Part shown: positions 14,701 through 28,000 of the stretch, piece after piece
Position numbering within the stretch: the first letter of the stretch is position 1
How the letters are laid out: the number at the start of each line of letters is the position of its first letter
Source of the DNA: Nemertoderma westbladi
Lineage: Eukaryota > Animalia > Xenacoelomorpha
DNA length: 64,000 bases
Assembly (NCBI GenBank): GCA_032718475.1
Contig: JAUCBJ010008467.1
Coordinates: forward strand, 81,092-145,091
Direction: 5' to 3'
Notes under the pieces: generated by a model
The model's database searches: none
What the model was told of the DNA's origin: nothing
The model's input: the letters and a program-made list of their open reading frames with translations, nothing else
Made by a program: the position numbers and the translations under genes

Positions 14701-15888
14701 CTATGCTCGGGCTCGCCCTACAATAATAACATTTGTACTTCAATGCTATGCTCGGGCTCGCCCTGCAATAATAACATTTGTACTTCAATGCTATGCTCGG
14801 GCTACAATAATAACATTTGTACTTCAATGCTATGCTCGGGCTCGCCCTACAATAATAACATTTGTACTTCAATGCTATGCTCGGGCTCGCCCTACAATAA
14901 TAACATTTGTACTTCAATGCTATGCTCGGGCTCGCCCTACAATAATAACATTTGTACTTCAATGCTATGCTCGGGCTCGCCCTACAATAATAACATTTGT
15001 ATTTCAATGCTATGCTCGCCCTACAATAATAACATTTGTACTACAATGCTATGCTCGGGCTCGCCCTACAATAATAACATTTGTACTTCAATGCTATGCT
15101 CGGGCTACAATAATAACATTTGTACTTCAATGCTATGCTCGCCCTACATTAATAACATTTGTACTTCAATGCTATGCTCGCCCTACATTAATAACATTTG
15201 TACTTCAATGCTATGCTCGGGCTCGCCCTACAATAATAACATTTGTACTTCAATGCTATGCTCGCCCTACAATAATAACATTTGTACTACAATGCTATGC
15301 TCGGGCTCGCCCTACAATAATAACATTTGTACTTCAATGCTATGCTCGGGCTCGCCCTACAATAATAACATTTGTACTTCAATGCTATGCTCGCCCTACA
15401 TTAATAACATTTGTAATTCAATGCTATGCTCTTCCTACAATAATAACATTTGTACTTCAATGCTATGCTCGCCCTACAATAATAACATTTGTACTTCAAT
15501 GCTATGCTCGCCCTACAATAATAACATTTGTACTTCAATGCTATGCTCGCCCTACAATAATAACATTTGTACTTTAATGCTATGCTCGAGCTCGCCCTAC
15601 AATAATAACATTTGTACTTCAATGCTATGCTCGGGCTACAATAATAACATTTGTACTTCAATGCTATGCTCGGGCTACAATAATAACATTTGTACTTCAA
15701 TGCTATGCTCGGGCTCGCCCTACAATAATAACATTTGTACTTCAATGCTATGCTCGGGCTACAATAATAACATTTGTACTTCAATGCTATGCTTGCCCTA
15801 CAATAATAACATTTGTACTTCAATGCTATGCTCGGGCTAAAATAATAACATTTGTACTTCAATGCTATACTCGGGCTACAATAATAAC
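4483..15888. repeat. Higher-order tandem duplication, period 5774 bp (4483-10114 repeated at 10257-15888)
   Basis: Identical ORF-track entries offset by exactly 5774: 4744/10518, 5659/11433, 7847/13621, 7860/13634, 8172/13946, 8712/14486. The single-G deletion is at 7868-7869 and 13642-13643. First mismatch is 10115 versus 15889. Confidence 0.95.
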
Positions 15889-18800
15889 ATTTGTACTTCA
15901 ATGCTATGCTCGCCCTACAATAATAACATTTGCACTTCAATGCTATGCTCGGGCTACAATAATAACATTTGTACTTCAATGCTATGCTCGGGCTACAATA
16001 ATAACATTTGTACTTCAATGCTATGCTCGGGCTACAATAATAACATTTGTACTTCAATGCTATGCTCGGGCTACAATAATAACATTTGTATTTCAATGCT
16101 ATGCTTGGGCTCGCCCTAGAATAATAACATTTGTACTTCAATGCTATGCTCGGGCTACAATAATAAAATTTGTACTTCAATGCTATGCTCGGGCTACAAT
16201 AATAACATTTGTACTTCAATGCTATGCTCGGGCTCGCCCTACAATAATAACATTTGTACTTCAATGCTATGCTCGGGCTACAATAATAACATTTGTACTT
16301 CAATGCTATGCTCGGGCTCGCCCTACAATAATAACATTTGTACTTCAATGCTATGCTCGGGCTACAATAATAACATTTGTACTTCAATGCTATGCTCGGG
16401 CTACAATAATAACATTTGTACTTCAATGCTATGCTCGCCCTACAATAATAACATTTGTACTTCAATGCTATGCTCGGGCTACAATAATAACATTTGTACT
16501 TCAATGCTATGCTCGGGCTCGCCCTACAATAATAACATTTGTACTTCAATGCTATGCTCGGGCTCGCCCTACAATAATAACATTTGTACTTCAATGCTAT
16601 GCTCGCCAAACATTAATAACATTTGTACTTCAATGCTATGCTCTTCCTACAATAATAACATTTGTACTTCAATGCTATGTTCGCCCTACAATAATAACAT
16701 TTGTACTTCAATGCTATGCTCGCCCTACATTAATAACATTTGTACTTCAATGCTATGCTCGGGCTACAATAATAACATTTGTACTGCAATGCTATGCTCG
16801 GGCTCGCCCTACAATAATAACATTTGTACTTCAATGCTTTGCTCGGGCTACAATAATAACATTTGTACTTCAATGCTATGCTCGGGCTCGCCCTACAATA
16901 ATAACATTTGTACTTCAATGCTATGCTCGGGCTACAATAATAACAGTTGTACTTCAATGCTATGCTCGCCCTACAATAATAACATTTGTACTTCTTCAAT
17001 GCTATGCTCGGGCTACAATAATAACATTTGTACTTCAATGCTATGCTCGGGCTACAATAATAACATTTGTTCTTCAATGCTATACTCGCCCTACAATAAT
17101 AACATTTGCACTTCAATGCTATGCTCGAGCTACAATAATAACATTTGTACTTCAATGCTATGCTCGGGCTACAATAATAACATTTGTACTTCAATGCTAT
17201 GCTCGGGCTACTATAATAACATTTGTACTTCAATGCTATGCTCGGGCTACAATAATAACATTTGTACTTCAATGCTATGCTTGGGCTCGCCCTACAATAA
17301 TAACATTTGTACTTCAATGCTATGCTCGGGCTACAATAATAAAATTTGTACTTCAATGCTATGCTCGGGCTACAATAATAACATTTGTACTTCAATGCTA
17401 TGCTCGGGCTCGCCCTACAATAATAACATTTGTACTTCAATGCTATGCTCGGGCAACAATAATAACATTTGTACTTTAATGCTATGCTCGGGCTACAATA
17501 ATAACATTTGTACTTCAATGCTATGCTCGGGCTACAATAATAACATTTGTACTTCAATGCTATGCTCGCCCTACAATAATAACATTTGTACTTCAATGCT
17601 ATGCTCGGGCTACAATAATAACATTTGTACTTCAATGCTATGCTCGGGCTACAATAATAACATTTGTACTTCAATGCTATGCTCGCCCTACAATAATAAC
17701 ATTTGTACTTCAATGCTATGCTCGGGCTACAATAATAACTTTTGTACTTCAATGCTATGCTCGCCCTACAATAATAACATTTGTACTTCAATGCTATGCT
17801 CGGGCTACAATAATAACATTTGTACTTCAATGCTATGCTCGGGCTACAATAATAACATTTGTACTTCAATGCTATGCTCGGGCTCGCCCTACAATAATAA
17901 TATTTGTACTTCAATGCTATGCTCGGGCTACAATAATAATATTTGTACTTCAATGCTATGCTCGGGCTACAATAATAACATTTGTACTTCAATGCTATCC
18001 TCGGGCTCGCCCTACAATAATAACATTTGTACTTCAATGCTATGCTCGGGCTACAATAATAACATTTGTATTTCAATGCTATGCTCGGGCTCGCCCTACA
18101 ATAATAACATTTGTACTTCAATGCTATGCTCGGCTACAATAATAACATTTGTACTTCAATGCTATGCTCGGGCTACAATAATAACATTTGTACTTCAATG
18201 CTATGCTCGCTCTACAATAATAACATTTGTACTTTAATGCTATGCTCGGGCTACAATAATAACATTTGTACTTCAATGCTATGCTCGGGCTCGCCCTACA
18301 ATAATAACATTTGTACTTCAATGCTATGCTCGGGCTACAATAATAACATTTGTACTTCAATGCTATGCTCGGGCTCGCCCTACAATAATAACATTTGTAC
18401 TTCAATGCTATGCTCGGGCTACAATAATAACATTTGTACTTCAATGCTATGCTCGGGCTACAATAATAACATTTGTACTTCAATGCTATGCTCGGGCTCG
18501 CCCTACAATAATAACATTTGTACTTCAATGCTATGCTCGGGCTACAATAATAACATTTGTACTTCAATGCTATGCTCGCCCTACAATAATAACATTTGTA
18601 CTTCAATGCTATGCTCGGGCAATAATAACATTTGTACTTCAATGCTATGCTCGGGCTACAATAATAACATTTGTACTTCAATGCTATGCTCGCTCTACAA
18701 TAATAACATTTGTACTTCAATGCTATGCTCGGGCTCGCCCTACAATAATAACATTTGTACTTCAATGCTATGCTCGCCCTACAATAATAACATTTGTACT

Positions 18801-21800
18801 TCAATGCTATGCTCGGCTCGCCCTACAATAATAACATTTGTACTTCAATGCTATGCACCGGCTCGCCCTACAATAATAACATTTGTACTTCAATGCTATG
18901 CTCGCCCTACAATAATAACATTTGTACTTCAATGCTATGCTCGGGCTCGCCCTACAATAATAACATTTGTACTTCAATGCTATGCTCGCCCTACAATAAT
19001 AACATTTGTACTTCAATGCTATGCTCGCCCTACAATAATAACATTTGTACTTCAATGCTATGCTCGGGCTCGCCCTACAATAATAACATTTGTACTTCAA
19101 TGCTATGCTCGACCTACATTAATAACATTTGTACTTCAATGCTATGCTCGCCCTACAATAATAACATTTGTACTTCAATGCTATGCTCGCCCTACAATAA
19201 TAACATTTGTACTTCAGTGCTATGCTCGCCCTACAATAATAACATTTGTACTTCAATGCTATGCTCGCCCTACAATAATAACATTTGTACTTCAATGCTA
19301 TGCTCGGGCTCGCCCTACAATAATAACATTTGTACTTCAATGCTATGCTCGGGCTCGCCCTACAATAATAACATTTGTACTTCAATGCTATGCTCGCCCT
19401 ACATTAATAACATTTGTACTTCAATGCTATGCTCTTTCTAAAATAATAACATTTATACTTCAATGCTATGTTCGCCCTACAATAATAACATTTGTACTTC
19501 AATGCTATGCTCGGGCTCGCCCTACATTAATAACATTTGTACTTCAATGCTATGCTCGGGCTACAATAATAACATTTGTACTTCAATGCTATGCTCGCCC
19601 TAGAATAATAACATTTGTACTTCAATGCTATGCTCGCCCTACAATAATAACATTTGTACTTCAATGCTATGCTCGGGCTCGCCCTACATTAATAACATTT
19701 GTACTTCAATGCTATGCTCGGGCTACAATAATAACATTTGTACTGCAATGCTATGCTCGGGCTCGCGCTACAATAATAACATTTGTACTTCAATGCTTTG
19801 CTTGGGCTACAATAATAACATTTGTACTTCAATGCTATGCTCGGGCTCGCCCTACAATAATAACATTTGTACTTCAATGCTATGCTCGTGCTACAATAAT
19901 AACAGTTGCACTTCAATGCTATGCTCGCCCTACAATAATAACATTTGTACTTCAATGCTATGCTCGGGCTACAATAATAACATTTGTACTTCAATGCTAT
20001 GCTCGGGCTACAATAATAACATTTGTTCTTTAATGCTATGCTCGCCCTACAATAATAACATTTGCACTTCAATGCTATGCTCGAGCTACAATAATAACAT
20101 TTGTACTTCAATGCTATGCTCGGGCTACAATAATAACATTTGTACTTCAATGCTATGCTCGGGCTACTATAATAACATTTGTACTTCAATGCTATGCTCG
20201 GGCTACAATAATAACATTTGCACTTCAATGCTATGCTTGGGCTCGCCCTACAATAATAACATTTGTACTTCAATGCTATGCTCGGGCTACAATAATAAAA
20301 TTTGTACTTCAATGCTATGCTCGGGCTACAATAATAACATTTGTACTTCAATGCTATGCTCGGGCTCGCCCTACAATAATAAAATTTGTACTTCAATGCT
20401 ATGCTCGGGCAACAATAATAACATTTGTACTTCAATGCTATGCTCGGGCTACAATAATAACATTTGTACTTCAATGCTATGCTCGGGCTACAATAATAAC
20501 ATTTGTACTTCAATGCTATGCTCGCCCTACAATAATAACATTTGTACTTCAATGCTATGCTCGGGCTACAATAATAACATTTGTACTTCAATGCTATGCT
20601 CGGGCTACAATAATAACATTTGTACTTCAATGTTATGCTCGCCCTACAATAATAACATTTGTACTTCAATGCTATGCTCGGGCTACAATAATAACATTTG
20701 TACTTCAATGCTATGCTCGGGCTACAATAATAACATTTGTACTTCAATGCTATGCTCGGGCTCACCCTACAATAATAATATTTGTACTTCAATGCTATGC
20801 TCGGGCTACAATAATAATATTTGTACTTCAATGCTATGCTCGGGCTACAATAATAACATTTGTACTTCAATGCTATGCTCGGGCTCGCCCTACAATAATA
20901 ACATTTGTACTTCAATGCTATGCTCGGGCTACAATAATAACATTTGTACTTCAATGCTATGCTCGGGCTCGCCCTACAATAATAACATTTGTACTTCAAT
21001 GCTATGCTCGGGCTACAATAATAACATTTGTACTTCAATGCTATGCTCGGGCTACAATAATAACATTTGTACTTCAATGCTATGCTCGCCCTACAATAAT
21101 AACATTTGTACTTCAATGCTATGCTCGGGCTACAATAATAACATTTGTACTTCAATGCTATGCTCGGGCTCGCCCTACAATAATAACATTTGTACTTCAA
21201 TGCTATGCTCGGGCTACAATAATAACATTTGTACTTCAATGCTATGCTCGGGCTCGCCCTACAATAATAACATTTGTACTTCAATGCTATGCTCGGGCTA
21301 CAATAATAACATTTGTACTTCAATGCTATGCTCGCCCTACAATAATAACATTTGTACTTCAATGCTATGCTCGGGCTACAATAATAACATTTGTACTTCA
21401 ATGCTATGCTCGGGCTCGCCCTACAATAATAACATTTGTACTTCAATGCTATGCTCGGGCTACAATAATAACATTTGTACTTCAATGCTATGCTCGGGCT
21501 CGCCCTACAATAATAACATTTGTACTTCAATGCTATGCTCGGGCTACAATAATAACATTTGTACTTCAATGCTATGCTCGGGCTACAATAATAACATTTG
21601 TACTTCAATGCTATGCTCGGGCTCGCCCTACAATAATAACATTTGTACTTCAATGCTATGCTCGGCCGCTACAATAATAACATTTGTACTTCAATGCTAT
21701 GCTCGGGCTCGCCCTACAATAATAACATTTGTACTTCAATGCTATGCTCGGGCTACAATAATAACATTTGTACTTCAATGCTATGCTCGGGCTCGCCCTA

Positions 21801-22056
21801 CAATAATAACATTTGTACTTCAATGCTATGCTCGCCCTACAATAATAACATTTGTACTTCAATGCTATGCTCGGGCTACAATAATAACATTTGTACTTCA
21901 ATGCTATGCTCGGGCTCCCTACAATAATAACATTTGTACTTCAATGCTATGCTCGCTCTACAATAATAACATTTGTACTTCAATGCTATGCTCGGGCTCG
22001 CCCTACAATAATAACATTTGTACTTCAATGCTATGCTCGCCCTACAATAATAACAT

Positions 22057-25000
22057 TTGTACTTCAATGCTATGCTCGGCTCGCCCTACAATAATAACAT
22101 TTGTACTTCAATGCTATGCTCGGGCTCGCCCTACAATAATATCATTTGTTCTTCAATGCTATGCTCGGGCTCGCCCTACAATAATAACATTTGTACTTCA
22201 ATGCTATGCTCGCCCTACAATAATAACATTTGTACTTCAATGCTATGCTCGCCCTACAATAATAACATTTGTACTTCAATGCTATGCTCGGGCTCGCCCT
22301 ACAATAATAACATTTGTACTTCAATTCTATGCTCGACCTACATTAATAACATTTGTACTTCAATGCTATGCTCGCCCTACAATAATAACATTTGTACTTC
22401 AATGCTATGCTCACCCTACAATAATAACATTTGTACTTCAGTGCTATGCTCGCCCTACAATAATAACATTTGTACTTCAATGCTATGCTCGCCCTACTAT
22501 AATAACATTTGTACTTCAATGCTATGCTCGGGCTCGCCCTACAATAATAACATTTGTACTTCAATGCTATGCTCGGGCTCGCCCTACAATAATAACATTT
22601 GTACTTCAATGCTATGCTCGCCCTACATTAATAACATTTGTACTTCAATACTATGCTCTTCCTACAATAATAACATTTGTACTTCAATGCTATGCTCGCC
22701 CTACAATAATAACATTTGTACTTCAATGCTATGCTCGGGTTACAATAATAACATTTGTACTTCAATGCTATGCTCGGGCTACAATAATAACATTTGTACT
22801 TCAATGCTATGCTCGGGCTCGCCCTACAATAATAACATTTGTACTTCAATGCTATGCTCGGGCTACAATAATAACATTTGTACTTCAATGCTATGCTCGC
22901 CCTACAATAATAACATTTGTACTTCAATGCTATGCTCGGGCTACAATAATAACATTTGTACTTCAATGCTATGCTCGGGCTACAATAATAACATTTGTTC
23001 TTCAATGCTATGCTCGCCCTACAATAATAACATTTGCACTTCAATGCTATGCTCGAGCTACAATAATAACATTTGTACTTCAATGCTATGCTCGGGCTAC
23101 AATAATAACATTTGTACTTCAATGCTATGCTCGGGCTACTATAATAACATTTGTACTTCAATGCTATGCTCGGGCTACAATAATAACATTTGTACTTCAA
23201 TGCTATGCTTGGGCTCGCCCTACAATAATAACATTTGTACTTCAATGCTATGCTCGGGCTACAATAATAAAATTTGTACTTCAATGCTATGCTCGGGCTA
23301 CAATAATAACATTTGTACTTCAATGCTATGCTCGGGCTCGCCCTACAATAATAACATTTGTACTTCAATGCTATGCTCGGGCTACAATAATAACATTTGT
23401 ACTTCAATGCTATGCTCGGGCTCGCCCTACAATAATAACATTTGTACTTCAATGCTATGCTCGGGCTACAATAATAACATTTGTACTTCAATGCTATGCT
23501 CGGGCTACAATAATAACATTTGTACTTCAATGCTATGCTCGCCCTACAATAATAACATTTGTACTTCAATGCTATGCTCGGGCTACAATAATAACATTTG
23601 TACTTCAATGCTATGCTCGTGCTACAATAATAACATTTGCACTTCAATGCTATGCTCGGGCTCGCCCTACAATAATAATATTTGTACTTCAATGCTATGC
23701 TCGGGCTACAATAATAATATCTGTACTTCAATGCTATGCTCGGGCTACAATAATAACATTTGTACTTCAATGCTATGCTCGGGCTCGCCCTACAATAATA
23801 ACATTTGTACCTCAATGCTATGCTCGGGCTACAATAATAACATTTGTACTTCAATGCTATGCTCGGGCTCGCCCTACAATAATAACATTTGTACTTCAAT
23901 GCTATGCTCGGGCTACAATAATAACATTTGTACTTCAATGCTATGCTCGGGCTAAAATAATAACATTTGTACTTCAATGCTATGCTCGCCCTACAATAAT
24001 AACATTTGTACTTCAATGCTATGCTCGGGCTACAATAATAACATTTGTACTTCAATGCTATGCTCGGGCTCGCCCTACAATAATAACATTTGTACTTCAA
24101 TGCTATGCTCGGGCTACAATAATAACATTTGTACTTCAATGCTATGCTCGGGCTCGCCCTACAATAATAACATTTGTACTTCAATGCTATGCTCGGGCTA
24201 CAATAATAACATTTGTACTTCAATGCTATGCTCGGGCTACAATAATAACATTTGTACTTCAATGCTATGCTCGGGCTCGCCCTACAATAATAACATTTGA
24301 ACTTCAATGCTATGCTCGGGCTCGCCCTACAATAATAACATTTGTACTTCAATGCTATGCTCGGGCTACAATAATAACATTTGTACTTCAATGCTATGCT
24401 CGCTCTACAATAATAACATTTGTACTTCAATGCTATGCTCGGGCTACAATAATAACATTTGTACTTCAATGCTATGCTCGGGCTACAATAATAACATTTG
24501 TACTTCAATGCTATGCTCGCCCTACAATAATAACATTTGTACTTCAATGCTATGCTCGGGCTCGCCCTACAATAATAACATTTGTATTTCAATGCTACGC
24601 TCGACCTACATTAATAACATTTGTACTTCAATGCTATGCTCGAACTACAATAATAACATTTGTACTTCAATGCTATGCTCGCCCTACAATAATAACATTT
24701 GTACTTCAGTGCTATGCTCGCCCTACAATAATAACATTTGTACTTCAATGCTATGCTCGCCCTACAATAATAACATTTGTACTTCAGTGCTATGCTCGCC
24801 CTACAATAATAACATTTGTACTTCAATGCTATGCTCGGGCTCGCCCTACAATAATAACATTTGTACCTCAATGCTATGCTCGGGCTACAATAATAACATT
24901 TGTACTTCAATGCTATGCTCGGGCTCGCCCTACAATAATAACATTTGTACTTCAATGCTATGCTCGGGCTACAATAATAACATTTGTACTTCAATGCTAT

Positions 25001-28000
25001 GCTCGGGCTAAAATAATAACATTTGTACTTCAATGCTATGCTCGCCCTACAATAATAACATTTGTACTTCAATGCTATGCTCGGGCTACAATAATAACAT
25101 TTGTACTTCAATGCTATGCTCGGGCTCGCCCTACAATAATAACATTTGTACTTCAATGCTATGCTCGGGCTACAATAATAACATTTGTACTTCAATGCTA
25201 TGCTCGGGCTCGCCCTACAATAATAACATTTGTACTTCAATGCTATGCTCGGGCTACAATAATAACATTTGTACTTCAATGCTATGCTCGGGCTACAATA
25301 ATAACATTTGTACTTCAATGCTATGCTCGGGCTCGCCCTACAATAATAACATTTGAACTTCAATGCTATGCTCGGGCTCGCCCTACAATAATAACATTTG
25401 TACTTCAATGCTATGCTCGGGCTACAATAATAACATTTGTACTTCAATGCTATGCTCGCTCTACAATAATAACATTTGTACTTCAATGCTATGCTCGGGC
25501 TACAATAATAACATTTGTACTTCAATGCTATGCTCGGGCTACAATAATAACATTTGTACTTCAATGCTATGCTCGCCCTACAATAATAACATTTGTACTT
25601 CAATGCTATGCTCGGGCTCGCCCTACAATAATAACATTTGTACTTCAATGCTATGCTCGGGCTACAATAATAACATTTGTACTTCAATGCTATGCTCGCC
25701 CTACAATAATAACATTTGTACTTCAATGCTATGCTCGGGCTCGCCCTACAATAATAACATTTGTATTTCAATGCTACGCTCGACCTACATTAATAACATT
25801 TGTACTTCAATGCTATGCTCGAACTACAATAATAACATTTGTACTTCAATGCTATGCTCGCCCTACAATAATAACATTTGTACTTCAGTGCTATGCTCGC
25901 CCTACAATAATAACATTTGTACTTCAATGCTATGCTCGCCCTACAATAATAACATTTGTACTTCAGTGCTATGCTCGCCCTACAATAATAACATTTGTAC
26001 TTCAATGCTATGCTCGGGCTCGCCCTACAATAATAACATTTGTACCTCAATGCTATGCTCGGGCTACAATAATAACATTTGTACTTCAATGCTATGCTCG
26101 GGCTCGCCCTACAATAATAACATTTGTACTTCAATGCTATGCTCGGGCTACAATAATAACATTTGTACTTCAATGCTATGCTCGGGCTAAAATAATAACA
26201 TTTGTACTTCAATGCTATGCTCGCCCTACAATAATAACATTTGTACTTCAATGCTATGCTCGGGCTACAATAATAACATTTGTACTTCAATGCTATGCTC
26301 GGGCTCGCCCTACAATAATAACATTTGTACTTCAATGCTATGCTCGGGCTACAATAATAACATTTGTACTTCAATGCTATGCTCGGGCTCGCCCTACAAT
26401 AATAACATTTGTACTTCAATGCTATGCTCGGGCTACAATAATAACATTTGTACTTCAATGCTATGCTCGGGCTACAATAATAACATTTGTACTTCAATGC
26501 TATGCTCGGGCTCGCCCTACAATAATAACATTTGAACTTCAATGCTATGCTCGGGCTCGCCCTACAATAATAACATTTGTACTTCAATGCTATGCTCGGG
26601 CTACAATAATAACATTTGTACTTCAATGCTATGCTCGCTCTACAATAATAACATTTGTACTTCAATGCTATGCTCGGGCTACAATAATAACATTTGTACT
26701 TCAATGCTATGCTCGGGCTACAATAATAACATTTGTACTTCAATGCTATGCTCGCCCTACAATAATAACATTTGTACTTCAATGCTATGCTCGGGCTCGC
26801 CCTACAATAATAACATTTGTATTTCAATGCTACGCTCGACCTACATTAATAACATTTGTACTTCAATGCTATGCTCGAACTACAATAATAACATTTGTAC
26901 TTCAATGCTATGCTCGCCCTACAATAATAACATTTGTACTTCAGTGCTATGCTCGCCCTACAATAATAACATTTGTACTTCAATGCTATGCTCGCCCTAC
27001 AATAATAACATTTGTACTTCAGTGCTATGCTCGCCCTACAATAATAACATTTGTACTTCAATGCTATGCTCGCCCTACTATAATAACATTTGTACTTCAA
27101 TGCTATGCTCGGGCTCGCCCTACAATAATAACATTTGTACTTCAATGCTATTCTCGGGCTCGCCCTACAATAATAACATTTGTACTTCAATGCTATGCTC
27201 GGGCTACAATAATAACATTTGTACTTCAATGCTATGCTCGGGTTCGCCCTACAATAATAACATTTGTACTTCAATGCTATGCTCGGGCTACAATAATAAC
27301 ATTTGTACTTCAATGCTATGCTCGGGCTACAATAATAACATTTGTACTTCAATGCTATGCTCGCCCTATAATAATAACATTTGTACTTCAATGCTATGCT
27401 CGGGCTACAATAATAACATTTGTACTTCAATGCTATGCTCGGGCTCGCCCTACAATAATAACATTTGTACTTCAATGCTATGCTCGGGCTACAATAATAA
27501 CATTTGTACTTCAATGCTATGCTCGGGCTCGCCCTACAATAATAACATTTGTACTTCAATGCTATGCTCGGGCTACAATAATAACATTTGTACTTCAATG
27601 CTATGCTCGGGCTACAATAATAACATTTGTACTTCAATGCTATGCTCGGGCTCGCCCTACAATAATAACATTTGTACTTCAATGCTATGCTCGGGCTACA
27701 ATAATAACATTTGTACTTCAATGCTATGCTCGCCCTACAATAATAACATTTGTACTTCAATGCTATGCTCGGGCTACAATAATAACATTTGTACTTCAAT
27801 GCTATGCTCGGGCTACAATAATAACATTTGTACTTCAATGCTATGCTCGCTCTACAATAATAACATTTGTACTTCAATGCTATGCTCGGGCTCGCCCTAC
27901 AATAATAACATTTGTACTTCAATGCTATGCTCGCCCTACAATAATAACATTTGTACTTCAATGCTATGCTCGGCTTGCCCTACAATAATAACATTTGTAC

